From Mariniflexile sp. (GTDB lineage: Bacteria > Bacteroidota > Bacteroidia > Flavobacteriales > Flavobacteriaceae), in the NCBI RefSeq assembly GCF_041583155.1, contig NZ_JBFHGK010000010.1, positions 33,216 to 97,215 on the forward strand: 64,000 nt of DNA, in the 5' to 3' direction. Positions within the stretch are counted from its first letter, which is position 1; every line of letters begins with the position of its first letter. The translations under genes and the position numbers were made by a program. Positions 9,296 to 17,160 of the stretch are shown piece by piece. The notes under the pieces were generated by a model, which saw only the letters and a program-made list of their open reading frames with translations, did no database searches and was not told the origin of the DNA.

Positions 9296-9307
9296 ACGGG
9301 ATACCGT
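9296..9307. promoter_or_regulatory. putative enhancer (UAS) palindrome, proximal site (ACGGGATACCGT)
   Basis: ACGG-N4-CCGT palindrome with its centre 98 nt from the GG of the -24 box. Confidence 0.5.
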
Positions 9308-9336
9308 TATTTTAAACCCTTAATTGACCTAAATTA

Positions 9337-9348
9337 ACGGAATACCGT
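9337..9348. promoter_or_regulatory. putative enhancer (UAS) palindrome, distal site (ACGGAATACCGT)
   Basis: This site is embedded in TAACGG-AATA-CCGTTA, which has 6-bp arms. It lies 41 nt centre to centre from the proximal site, immediately after the stop codon of the EBP gene. Confidence 0.5.
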
Positions 9349-9352
9349 TATT

Positions 9353-12322
9353 TTATGAAGGTTTTACTATGTTTAATTTGGTCATTTTATCCCGCAATGT
9401 ACTTGGTTTTAATTCTAGTAAAACAGCTGCGCCTTTAGGACCACTAATTTTCCAATCGCATTGTTTTAACACCTGAATAATATGATTGCGTTGGGCCGTG
9501 TCTAGGGATAAGTTTTTGGTATGACTTGTTATTTTAGTTTTTTGAGATTCGGACTCAAAACCAGGAATTACAAGTGTTTCATTAACCGATAAGATTACAG
9601 CTCTTTCTATTAAATTCTCTAATTCTCTAATATTTCCTGGCCAATTATATTCTTTTAACTGGTGCATAGCATCATCAGAAATGAACTTAATATGTTTGGC
9701 GTAGGCCTTATTAAATTTATCAACAAAATGTTCTACCAATAGTGGTATATCATCTTTTCGATCTTTCAGTGGAGGTACAACTATAGGAAATACGTTTAAT
9801 CTAAAATACAAATCTTCCCGAAACCTGTTGTTTTCAATTTCCTTTTTTAAGTTCCTGTTTGTTGCTGCAATAACCCTAACATCCAACTTTTTAGAGATCG
9901 AACCTCCAACTACCTCAATTTCACCTTCTTGCAAAAACCGTAAGATTTTTGGCTGCATATCTAATGGCAATTCACCTATTTCATCTAAGAATAAGGTTCC
10001 GCCGTCTGCTAATTCAAATTTCCCAATTTTATCACTAAAAGCACCTGTGAACGAACCCTTTTTATGTCCGAATAACTCACTTTCAATTAATTCTCTTGGA
10101 ATAGCCGAACAGTTAACCTTTATTAACGGCTTGTTATTTCTTAGGCTTATATTATGCACCGCCCTAGCTAACAACTCTTTACCTGTTCCAGATTCACCCA
10201 ACAACAAAACAGTAGCAGTAGTGGGCGCTACCTTCTCAACCTCGGTAAGTACTTTGCTAAATTGTACACTGCCGTAAACCATTTCTTCGTAGTTAAAGGC
10301 TAAATCGATTTCATTTCTTAGATATACATTTTCCTCTTCTAATTGGCTACGAAGAATGTTCAACTCGTTATTAGCTTTCTTTAATTCTTCGTTTGCTTTT
10401 GCTATTTCATTTTCTGATAATTTACGAGAGGTTATATCCTGAATGGTACCATAGAAATTTACAGGTATCCCTTCTTTAAAAACAACTTCTCCTAAACCGT
10501 GTATCCATTTTAATTCGTTATGGTCTTTAGTAATAATTCGGAACTCTAAATCATATTTTCCTCCGGTTTCTATACACCATTTTAGTGCCTTTTCACTAGC
10601 CAGCAAATCATCAGGATGTGTAATTGTCTTCCAAATATCAAATGTAAATTCAGTATTAATCTCAATACCAACAATTTCTTTGAATGAAGTTGAAGTTTCG
10701 GCAACTTTAGTTGTTAAATCCAAATTATAACTTCCCACTTTAGCAATACGCTGCGCTTCCGTTAATGATTTTTCACTCTTCAATAACTTCTGTTCAGCCA
10801 ACCGTTTTTGCGTAACGTCTCTAATAATACAAATTAAATATTTGTCGCCATCATCATCAATAAATCTGGTTTTTTTTGTTGAAATATAAAGGGTTTTACC
10901 ACCTTTAATGGTAAGGGTTTCTTCGTTTATGTTTTCAACTCCAGTGGCAAGCACTTGTCTATCAATAAACATAAAAGCGTCCTGCTCTTCCGGCGCTACG
11001 TCTTCAGCTAGCGTTCTACCAATTATTTGGTCTTTGGTAGCTCCAAACAACTTACAAAAAGCATCATTTACCAACACCATTCGGCTTTCTTCATCTTTTA
11101 CAAAAAAGGGGTCGCCAATATTATTAAGAAAGCTATCTAATGATTTTTCACTTTTAATTAATAGCTCTTCATTCTTTTTTCGTTCGGTTATATCATCAAT
11201 AGTTGAAAAGAAGATTTTTGTTTTACCCTTTTTATTTTTTATTACAGAAGTTGTAATCTCAACTGGGAATTTTTCTCCATTTTTACGAACATACACAAAC
11301 TGATACACCCCTACTTCACCCTTTAACGTAAGTTTAAGAGCGATTTCTAATTTATCGAATGATTCTGGTGCCCAATAAGGAAATGGCGCTTTCAGCCCTA
11401 TTAATTCTTTTCGTTTATAGCCAAGCATTTTGCATAGCCCAGGATTTACGTCTATAATTTCACCTTTACCGTTAATTACTGTTATTCCTTGGCGCAAGGA
11501 TTTAATCAGGTTTTCCGCATATATCTTCCCTTCTTTAACCTGTTTTTGAGCCCTAATTCTTTCGGTTACATCATGAAAAAATACTGAAACTCCATCACTA
11601 GTAGGTATAATACGATTTTCAAACCAGCAATCCCAGGGCTCATAATATTCCTCTAAAACAAAACTTTGTTGCGTTTCTATAGATTTATAACAATTATTAT
11701 AAAATGGTTTTCCAACAATGGCTGGAAACTCTGTCCAAATATGTTTGCCTATTAATTCCTCTGGTTTACGCCCTAGCATATTGGCCGCTTTTTTATTCAC
11801 GTAAGTATAAACCCATTGCTTGTTTAGAGATACAAAACCATCCGTCATATCCTCAATAGAATTAACAATAAAGTTTTGCGCTTTAAAAAGAGCCTCTGTA
11901 TTTTTTATTAATGCTAACTCTTGTTGCTCTTGGTAATCTGGTAATTTATCTATGTTGTTAATGGAACTTAAAACAAAATCTTCATTATCAACAGAAATTA
12001 CATACATGGTTAATAAAACATGTATTTCCGTGCCATTTTTAACTCGGATGAAATTTTCATAAGAGACTAACTCCTGTTCGGTTAATAACTTCTCTCTTAG
12101 ATGTTGCACGCTTTCTTGGCTCATTAAATTAAGCTCCAAAGTTGTTTTACCAAAAACTTCTTCTTGAGAAAAGCCAGTAAACTCTTCCCATGCAGGATTT
12201 ACGAAGGCATACTTTTTTGTTGTTAAGCTTGAAATTGATTTAGGAATAGGGCTGTTCTGAAACAAATTTGTAAATAAATTTATTTTTTCAAATTTGGAGA
12301 TGAGGGCATTTGGTTGTTCCAT
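9353..12322 (-). CDS. sigma-54-dependent transcriptional activator (bacterial enhancer-binding protein) with about five N-terminal PAS modules and no receiver domain
   Basis: AAA+ core motifs: Walker A GESGTGKE, Walker B LFLDEIGE, and the sigma-54 contact loop GSFTGA (a GAFTGA variant). A C-terminal Fis-type HTH is present (..[36 protein letters not shown]). The N-terminal ~690 aa show PAS-type repeats ending in ..DVTERI, ..DDITERK, ..RDVTQKR and ..QDITSRK. The track ORF starts at a TTG at 12430. I prefer the first ATG at 12322 ([11 protein letters not shown]..). Confidence 0.9.
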   Translation of the reverse strand: MEQPNALISKFEKINLFTNLFQNSPIPKSISSLTTKKYAFVNPAWEEFTGFSQEEVFGKTTLELNLMSQESVQHLREKLLTEQELVSYENFIRVKNGTEIHVLLTMYVISVDNEDFVLSSINNIDKLPDYQEQQELALIKNTEALFKAQNFIVNSIEDMTDGFVSLNKQWVYTYVNKKAANMLGRKPEELIGKHIWTEFPAIVGKPFYNNCYKSIETQQSFVLEEYYEPWDCWFENRIIPTSDGVSVFFHDVTERIRAQKQVKEGKIYAENLIKSLRQGITVINGKGEIIDVNPGLCKMLGYKRKELIGLKAPFPYWAPESFDKLEIALKLTLKGEVGVYQFVYVRKNGEKFPVEITTSVIKNKKGKTKIFFSTIDDITERKKNEELLIKSEKSLDSFLNNIGDPFFVKDEESRMVLVNDAFCKLFGATKDQIIGRTLAEDVAPEEQDAFMFIDRQVLATGVENINEETLTIKGGKTLYISTKKTRFIDDDGDKYLICIIRDVTQKRLAEQKLLKSEKSLTEAQRIAKVGSYNLDLTTKVAETSTSFKEIVGIEINTEFTFDIWKTITHPDDLLASEKALKWCIETGGKYDLEFRIITKDHNELKWIHGLGEVVFKEGIPVNFYGTIQDITSRKLSENEIAKANEELKKANNELNILRSQLEEENVYLRNEIDLAFNYEEMVYGSVQFSKVLTEVEKVAPTTATVLLLGESGTGKELLARAVHNISLRNNKPLIKVNCSAIPRELIESELFGHKKGSFTGAFSDKIGKFELADGGTLFLDEIGELPLDMQPKILRFLQEGEIEVVGGSISKKLDVRVIAATNRNLKKEIENNRFREDLYFRLNVFPIVVPPLKDRKDDIPLLVEHFVDKFNKAYAKHIKFISDDAMHQLKEYNWPGNIRELENLIERAVILSVNETLVIPGFESESQKTKITSHTKNLSLDTAQRNHIIQVLKQCDWKISGPKGAAVLLELKPSTLRDKMTKLNIVKPS

Positions 12323-12553
12323 TTTAAACTTAAATTCTAATCTTTCGTAAGATTTATCTAATATAATATTTTTAATTGTAAGAAGAAGAAATAATACAAA
12401 CAGACGTGCTTTTTTAACTAAAATCTCCAAAAAAAAATAGGAACCATTTTAGCAAAACGATTATTCAATTTTTCAAACTTTTTTCAGCCTTATTGTCAAA
12501 AATCTAAACAATTTTATAATTAAAATATGACGGATATCATTAGTAATTATTCA

Positions 12554-12597
12554 CAAAAAAAGCTTTCCAATTTTCTTAAATAAAAAAAGGAAAGCTT
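12554..12597 (-). terminator. putative rho-independent terminator after 12660..14300
   Basis: On the minus strand, a 9-bp stem AAGCTTTCC / GGAAAGCTT with a 20-nt A/T loop is followed by a T7 run. Confidence 0.45.
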
Positions 12598-12659
12598 CCA
12601 ATAAACAAGAATTACAAATTGTTTTTATAATATTTTCAATTTACATCAAATAAGCAGAA

Positions 12660-14300
12660 TTAAAATAGCTTTTTATAATAATCATCCGCCATTCTATGCG
12701 ACGTGAATTCCGGAATCACATCATCCATTGCCGTAAATACAATATCTTGCCAAACCTCGGGTTGGTCGTAAAAAGTGGGAATTACCTTAGTTTCCAAAAT
12801 ATGGTATAAGTTATCCGTGTCAATTTGATCCTGATCCCATATTGGCATATTATGATCTAAAGCAGGTAATACAAAACAGTTTTTGGTGTCTTTTTGAAAT
12901 TCTGGAATCCAGCCATCGTTGGTAGACACATTAACCGAACCATTCATAGCTGCCGCCATCCCACTGGTTCCAGAGGCTTCACGGGTAATTCGAGGTGTAT
13001 TCAGCCAAACATCAGAACCACATTTAAGTTTCTTTGACAACTCAATTTCATAACCAATTAAGACCGCCAAATTTGGTTCGTTTTTACATTGATATACTAA
13101 GTGATTAAACAAATCGATAGCGCCATAATCAAAAGGATATGGTTTTCCTGCCCAAATTATTTGAACAGGGTATTTTTCGTTGGAAATTAAACGTTTAAAA
13201 CGATCAAAATCACGCAAAAGTAAATCGGCCCTTTTGTAGCCTGCAAAACGTCGAGCCCAAACTATGGTTAATACATTAGGATCGAACACCTTACCTGTTT
13301 GAGAATAAACCTCAGCCGCAAGGTTACTTTTTAAATCGGACTTACGCTTCTTATATGCTTCAGTATCTTTAGCAATCCAAGCATTTTTTATACTTTCGTC
13401 TTGCCAAAATTTTTGATTCTGGGCATTTGTGATTGGAATTATTTCACATATTCCTGGATAGTCTTTCCACATATCATTAGCTACAATAGCGTGCAATTTA
13501 GAAACTCCATTGGCTTTTTTTGCCATTCGTAATGCGGAAACTGTATAATTAATCATGCCCCCATTAACCATTTCTTTTTGAAGCTCTTCATCCGAAAGTC
13601 TTCGGCCAAAAAAACCACATCTATTTAAATGTCTCGCTTCCCGTTCTTCATTCCCTGCCTTTTCAGGTGTATGGGTTGTAAACACCATTTGGTTTTTACC
13701 AACACCTCTGTCTCTTAAATAATAAAAAGCCGGCAATGCATGCCCCTCATTTAAATGATAAGTGTCTGCACCTCCTAACGCTTCAACTACCTTGGCTCCA
13801 CCAATTCCAAGCACAATACTTTGTGAAACCCTAGTAACTTGATTATTATCGTATAGATGATTTGTAATTGTTCTGGACAAATGGTCATTGCCTTCCACAT
13901 CGGTGGTTAAAAAATACATAGGTACCGTTCCAAAAATTTCAGGTTTTAAAACATAGGCCCTTACCTTCACATGCGGATTATCATGAAGCGTAATCTCAAC
14001 CTCAATACCTGTATCTTCCAGGAAATCAAAATGTTTTACATTAAAATCGGACCACAATGTTTGGTCTTGGTTTCTTGCCTGATCATAATAACCATATTTC
14101 CAAAGCATCCCAATGCCTATCATGTTTTGTTTTAGTTCCAATCCAGAACGCATATGGGAACCTGCAAGAAATCCCAATCCACCCGAATAAATATTGAAAG
14201 ATTGGTCTATTCCAAATTCCATACTAAAATAAGCCACCTTTTTTTTGTATTCCTTAGCAGGGGTATAAGGATGATACCATTTACTATATATATTTTCCAT
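12660..14300 (-). CDS. short-form alpha-glucan phosphorylase family protein (GT35-like), atypical cofactor site
   Basis: 546 aa with family blocks YFSMEFGI, YSGGLGFLAG, HLNEGHA, FTTHTPEKAGNE and WAGKPYP. The signature reads REASGTSGMAAAMNG where the family normally has EASGTSGMK. See findings. Confidence 0.75.
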   Translation of the reverse strand: MENIYSKWYHPYTPAKEYKKKVAYFSMEFGIDQSFNIYSGGLGFLAGSHMRSGLELKQNMIGIGMLWKYGYYDQARNQDQTLWSDFNVKHFDFLEDTGIEVEITLHDNPHVKVRAYVLKPEIFGTVPMYFLTTDVEGNDHLSRTITNHLYDNNQVTRVSQSIVLGIGGAKVVEALGGADTYHLNEGHALPAFYYLRDRGVGKNQMVFTTHTPEKAGNEEREARHLNRCGFFGRRLSDEELQKEMVNGGMINYTVSALRMAKKANGVSKLHAIVANDMWKDYPGICEIIPITNAQNQKFWQDESIKNAWIAKDTEAYKKRKSDLKSNLAAEVYSQTGKVFDPNVLTIVWARRFAGYKRADLLLRDFDRFKRLISNEKYPVQIIWAGKPYPFDYGAIDLFNHLVYQCKNEPNLAVLIGYEIELSKKLKCGSDVWLNTPRITREASGTSGMAAAMNGSVNVSTNDGWIPEFQKDTKNCFVLPALDHNMPIWDQDQIDTDNLYHILETKVIPTFYDQPEVWQDIVFTAMDDVIPEFTSHRMADDYYKKLF

Positions 14301-14609
14301 AGTTGTTTTTATAATTAATAAAAACTAAATGTAGTAAAAATGGTTTTTCTTTAAATGAAATTCTCACAAATTATATCACCTTTTCAATGTTATTTATAAT
14401 GGTTATAAACATAACTTAAGATTCTGAGAATAAAAAACATACTAGTAATAGCTAAAGGATAACATTTAAAAGGTAAGAACCCCTTAAAACAAAAAAGCAT
14501 CCCAATCTTCTAGAAAGAAAAAAGGAAAGCTTCTCATTGGAATACCAAATTACTCTGGTAAACTACTCCCTAGATTACTCTAGGAACAACACAACTTCTT
14601 ATAAGTGCC

Positions 14610-14635
14610 AAAAAAAGCCCTAATCTCTTAGAGCT
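14610..14635 (-). terminator. rho-independent terminator after tRNA-Asp
   Basis: The minus strand reads AGCTCTAA-GAGA-TTAGGGCT (8-bp stem, one mismatch) followed by a T7 run, about 17 nt after the tRNA 3' end. Confidence 0.55.
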
Positions 14636-14651
14636 TCTTTAGCAATTTTTG

Positions 14652-14725
14652 CGGTCTGGACGGGACTCGAACCCGCGACCTTCGCCGTGACAGGGCGACA
14701 TTCTAACCAACTGAACTACCAGACC
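14652..14725 (-). tRNA. tRNA-Asp (anticodon GTC)
   Basis: The minus strand reads GGTCTGGTAGTTCAGTTGGTTAGAATGTCGCCCTGTCACGGCGAAGGTCGCGGGTTCGAGTCCCGTCCAGACCG. It folds as a cloverleaf with a 7-bp acceptor stem, anticodon stem TCGCC/GGCGA, anticodon loop CTGTCAC and a GTTCGAGTC T-loop. It is 74 nt long and CCA is not encoded. Confidence 0.93.
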
Positions 14726-14743
14726 GTTGCTTTATTGCGGTTG

Positions 14744-14774
14744 CAAATATACACGCCTTTTTTAATATCTCAAA
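14744..14774 (-). promoter_or_regulatory. Bacteroidota sigma-A type promoter for tRNA-Asp (-33 TTTG / -7 TATATTTG)
   Basis: The minus strand reads TTTG, a 19-nt spacer, then TATATTTG, which matches the TAnnTTTG consensus. The -7 box ends about 18 nt before the tRNA 5' end. Confidence 0.55.
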
Positions 14775-14884
14775 CCTTTTTTTTGATTTTTTTTATATTA
14801 TTTTTTAATGCGCTTATTTATAGCTAGATAAGTAATAAAAATATTAAACCATGGTTACCACACTTTATTTCAAGTTTAATAAAC

Positions 14885-15814
14885 TTAAACAAATTTTTTA
14901 CGCTCCACCATATAAGCGGTTAAGATGTTGTTAAAGCCTTTATTTATATCTGCTTCAACATATTTTATCTTGTATTGCAAACATTTCAATTTTAAAGCTT
15001 CAAAATAATTAAACACCGTATTTTTATAGCTTTCCTTAATACTATCGGCATATAGGTTAATATAATCTCCGGTTTCAACATCAATAAATCGTCTTGGTTT
15101 GTTATCAAAGTCAAAAATCAGCTCTTTTTGCTTATCAAAAACATGAAATAAAATAACTTCGTGTTTATTGTATTTCAAATGCCGAAGTGCTTCAAACAAC
15201 TTCGTTTCATCTTCACTTGTTTGAAACATATCAGTAAACAAAAAAATCATGGATCGCTTATGTATTTTTTCAGCAATTTCATGCAAATACTTATAGGTTT
15301 CTGTTTGCTTACTTTTATGTTTTGAAACAACAGCCTCACTTAAATGACTCAACAGCATTTCATGATGCCGTTCACTTCCCTTTTCAGGTGCATAGTAATC
15401 ATAGGCGTCACTATAAATACTTAAACCTACAGCATCGCGTTGCTTTTTCAAAATTTGCATTAATGAAGCGGCTGCTAAGGCTGAAAATGCAATCTTATTA
15501 AGGTTTTCTATGGAAAAAGAGCGCATGTCTGGGTAATGCATTGAACTACTATTATCCAGAATGATATGACAGCGCAAATTGGTCTCGTCATCATATCGCT
15601 TTGTATATAGCTTTTCTGTTTTTGCATACAGTTTCCAGTCTATATGCCTGGTACTTTCTCCTTTGTTATAAATTTTATGTTCTGCAAACTCTGCTGAAAA
15701 TCCGTGAAACGGACTTTTATGCATGCCGGCAATAAATCCCTCTACCACTTGTTTTGCAAGTAGTTCAAGATTTTTAAATCCTTCGGCTTTATTAAGTTCG
15801 TTCTGTAAATTCAT
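14885..15814 (-). CDS. DUF58 domain protein (vWA-like)
   Basis: 309 aa. It has the N-terminal block G..AG.H.SPFHGFS.EF.EH..Y..G...R.IDWK..A......K.Y..E typical of DUF58. No MoxR ATPase gene is adjacent in this window. Confidence 0.75.
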   Translation of the reverse strand: MNLQNELNKAEGFKNLELLAKQVVEGFIAGMHKSPFHGFSAEFAEHKIYNKGESTRHIDWKLYAKTEKLYTKRYDDETNLRCHIILDNSSSMHYPDMRSFSIENLNKIAFSALAAASLMQILKKQRDAVGLSIYSDAYDYYAPEKGSERHHEMLLSHLSEAVVSKHKSKQTETYKYLHEIAEKIHKRSMIFLFTDMFQTSEDETKLFEALRHLKYNKHEVILFHVFDKQKELIFDFDNKPRRFIDVETGDYINLYADSIKESYKNTVFNYFEALKLKCLQYKIKYVEADINKGFNNILTAYMVERKKFV

Positions 15815-15939
15815 AATAGGCCCACATACCCTCCCAGAAGGGAGGAATAAACATGTGGTAAAATTATATCTTAAAAATTTGGTTACATACCCCTAACTTG
15901 TTTAGCAAATAACCTAAAGCAAGGGTATAATTTAATGGG

Positions 15940-16482
15940 TTAGATTATGCCATCTACAATGCCATATTCAACTGATTCTTGAGCACCCATCCAATGGTCG
16001 CGGTTGAAATCCTTCATCACTTTTTCAAATGATTGTCCGCAGTTATCAGCTAAAATTTGTGCACTTAATTCTTTGGTAAGGATTATTTCTTTTGCAGTAA
16101 TTTCAATATCACTTGCTTGACCACGAGCACCACCACTTGGCTGATGAATCATGACACGTGCATGTGGCTGAATAAAACGTTTTCCCTTGGCTCCAGCAGA
16201 TAGTATGATTGATCCCATAGAAGCTGCAAAACCTGTACATATGGTAGATACTGGGCTACTTAAAGATTTAATACAATCGTAAATTGCAAAACCTGAAGTT
16301 ACATAACCTCCCGGACTATTAATGTATAAGTGAATATCATCAGTACCCAACGAATCTAGATAAATTAATCTATCTATAACATGTTTTGCAGAGGCATCAT
16401 CTACCTGTCCCCACAAAAACACCTTACGCTGTTCTAATAATTTGCTATCAATAGCATCTTGAACTTTTGTTTTATTACTCAT
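15940..16482 (-). CDS. clpP: ClpP-family serine protease, N-terminally short paralogue
   Basis: 180 aa. Catalytic context is present: GFAASMGS (Ser), MIHQPSGG (His) and NRDHWM (Asp). The sequence starts only just before the ..R.VFL.G.V.D.. block. Confidence 0.8.
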   Translation of the reverse strand: MSNKTKVQDAIDSKLLEQRKVFLWGQVDDASAKHVIDRLIYLDSLGTDDIHLYINSPGGYVTSGFAIYDCIKSLSSPVSTICTGFAASMGSIILSAGAKGKRFIQPHARVMIHQPSGGARGQASDIEITAKEIILTKELSAQILADNCGQSFEKVMKDFNRDHWMGAQESVEYGIVDGII

Positions 16483-16507
16483 CTCTTAATTTAATTTTCA
16501 TCTAAAA

Positions 16508-16540
16508 TAAAAAAAGGTTTACCATAATGGCAAACCTTTT
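16508..16540 (-). terminator. rho-independent terminator after trxA
   Basis: The minus strand has an AAAGGTTTGCCA-TTA-TGGTAAACCTTT hairpin (one mismatch) followed by a T-run. Confidence 0.6.
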
Positions 16541-16561
16541 AAGTTTTCTTTTTTATATTGA

Positions 16562-16879
16562 CTATAAAAGTGCATCAATAGCTTCAGTGTAAGTGTTTTT
16601 TGGCGCTACACCAACTTGTCTTTCTACAACTTCACCATTTTGAAACAATAAAACCGTAGGTATGTTACGCACACCATATTTTGCAGCAAATTCTTGATTT
16701 GCATCTACATCAACCTTACCAACAACTGCTTTTCCGTCGTATTCTTCACTAATTTGTTCGATGATTGGTCCTACCATTCTACATGGTCCACACCAAGCAG
16801 CCCAAAAATCAACCAATACTGGTTTACTGCTTTTTAATACTGTTTCTTCAAAAGTTGCATCTGTTATTTCTAGTGCCAT
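16562..16879 (-). CDS. trxA: thioredoxin
   Basis: 105 aa with the WCGPC active site and a classic TrxA length and pattern ([16 protein letters not shown]). Confidence 0.95.
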   Translation of the reverse strand: MALEITDATFEETVLKSSKPVLVDFWAAWCGPCRMVGPIIEQISEEYDGKAVVGKVDVDANQEFAAKYGVRNIPTVLLFQNGEVVERQVGVAPKNTYTEAIDALL

Positions 16880-16917
16880 AATATTTATATTTTAATTCGT
16901 AATTTACTTTAATACTG

Positions 16918-16925
16918 CAAAATTA
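16918..16925 (-). promoter_or_regulatory. candidate -7 box TAATTTTG upstream of trxA
   Basis: It matches TAnnTTTG and ends about 38 nt upstream of the trxA ATG. Confidence 0.35.
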
Positions 16926-17160
16926 GTCAAAATTTCCACTAAAGCTGACAAGGTAACAATTTGTTTTCTTTATACTAACATTGTTTTGTACTATCATTAA
17001 TTTTGAAGATCAAAAAAAGTTAAACTATTTACTTAAAACTTTTACTCATCAAAAAAAAATGAAGCTTCAGGTATGAAATATAAAGCATTTCAATTTTGAA
17101 CACTAAATATAAGAATTATACTTGCTACAATTCAGGATATTTACAAAAAAATAACTAAAA

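Noticed and set aside
9828-11303. Plus-strand ORFs 9828..10277 and 10908..11303 (149 and 131 aa).
   Set aside because: They are antisense shadows inside the well-supported EBP gene. They are Ser/Phe/Ile-rich and low-complexity, with no recognisable motifs. The same reasoning applies to the other antisense or alternative-frame ORFs in the track: 1169..1360, 1296..1478, 6557..6754, 7415..7615, 8850..9074, 18075..18865, 20461..21355, 22327..22509, 22912..23097, 25462..26145, 26868..27086, 27861..28220, 29048..29501, 31232..31994, 34281..34973, 36591..36983, 37397..37849, 38032..38466, 38098..38370, 38919..39269, 40064..41407, 41942..42858, 43308..43635, 44693..44961, 45414..45614, 47602..48444, 50321..50563, 51250..51453, 51657..52072, 52471..52746, 54405..54632, 56063..56293, 57590..57835, 59317..59499, 61616..61888.
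12323-12430. 36-codon N-terminal extension of the EBP ORF ([20 protein letters not shown]...).
   Set aside because: It starts at a TTG in poly-A/T-rich DNA and adds a hydrophobic, low-complexity segment not expected for a soluble EBP. The first ATG at 12322 is preferred.
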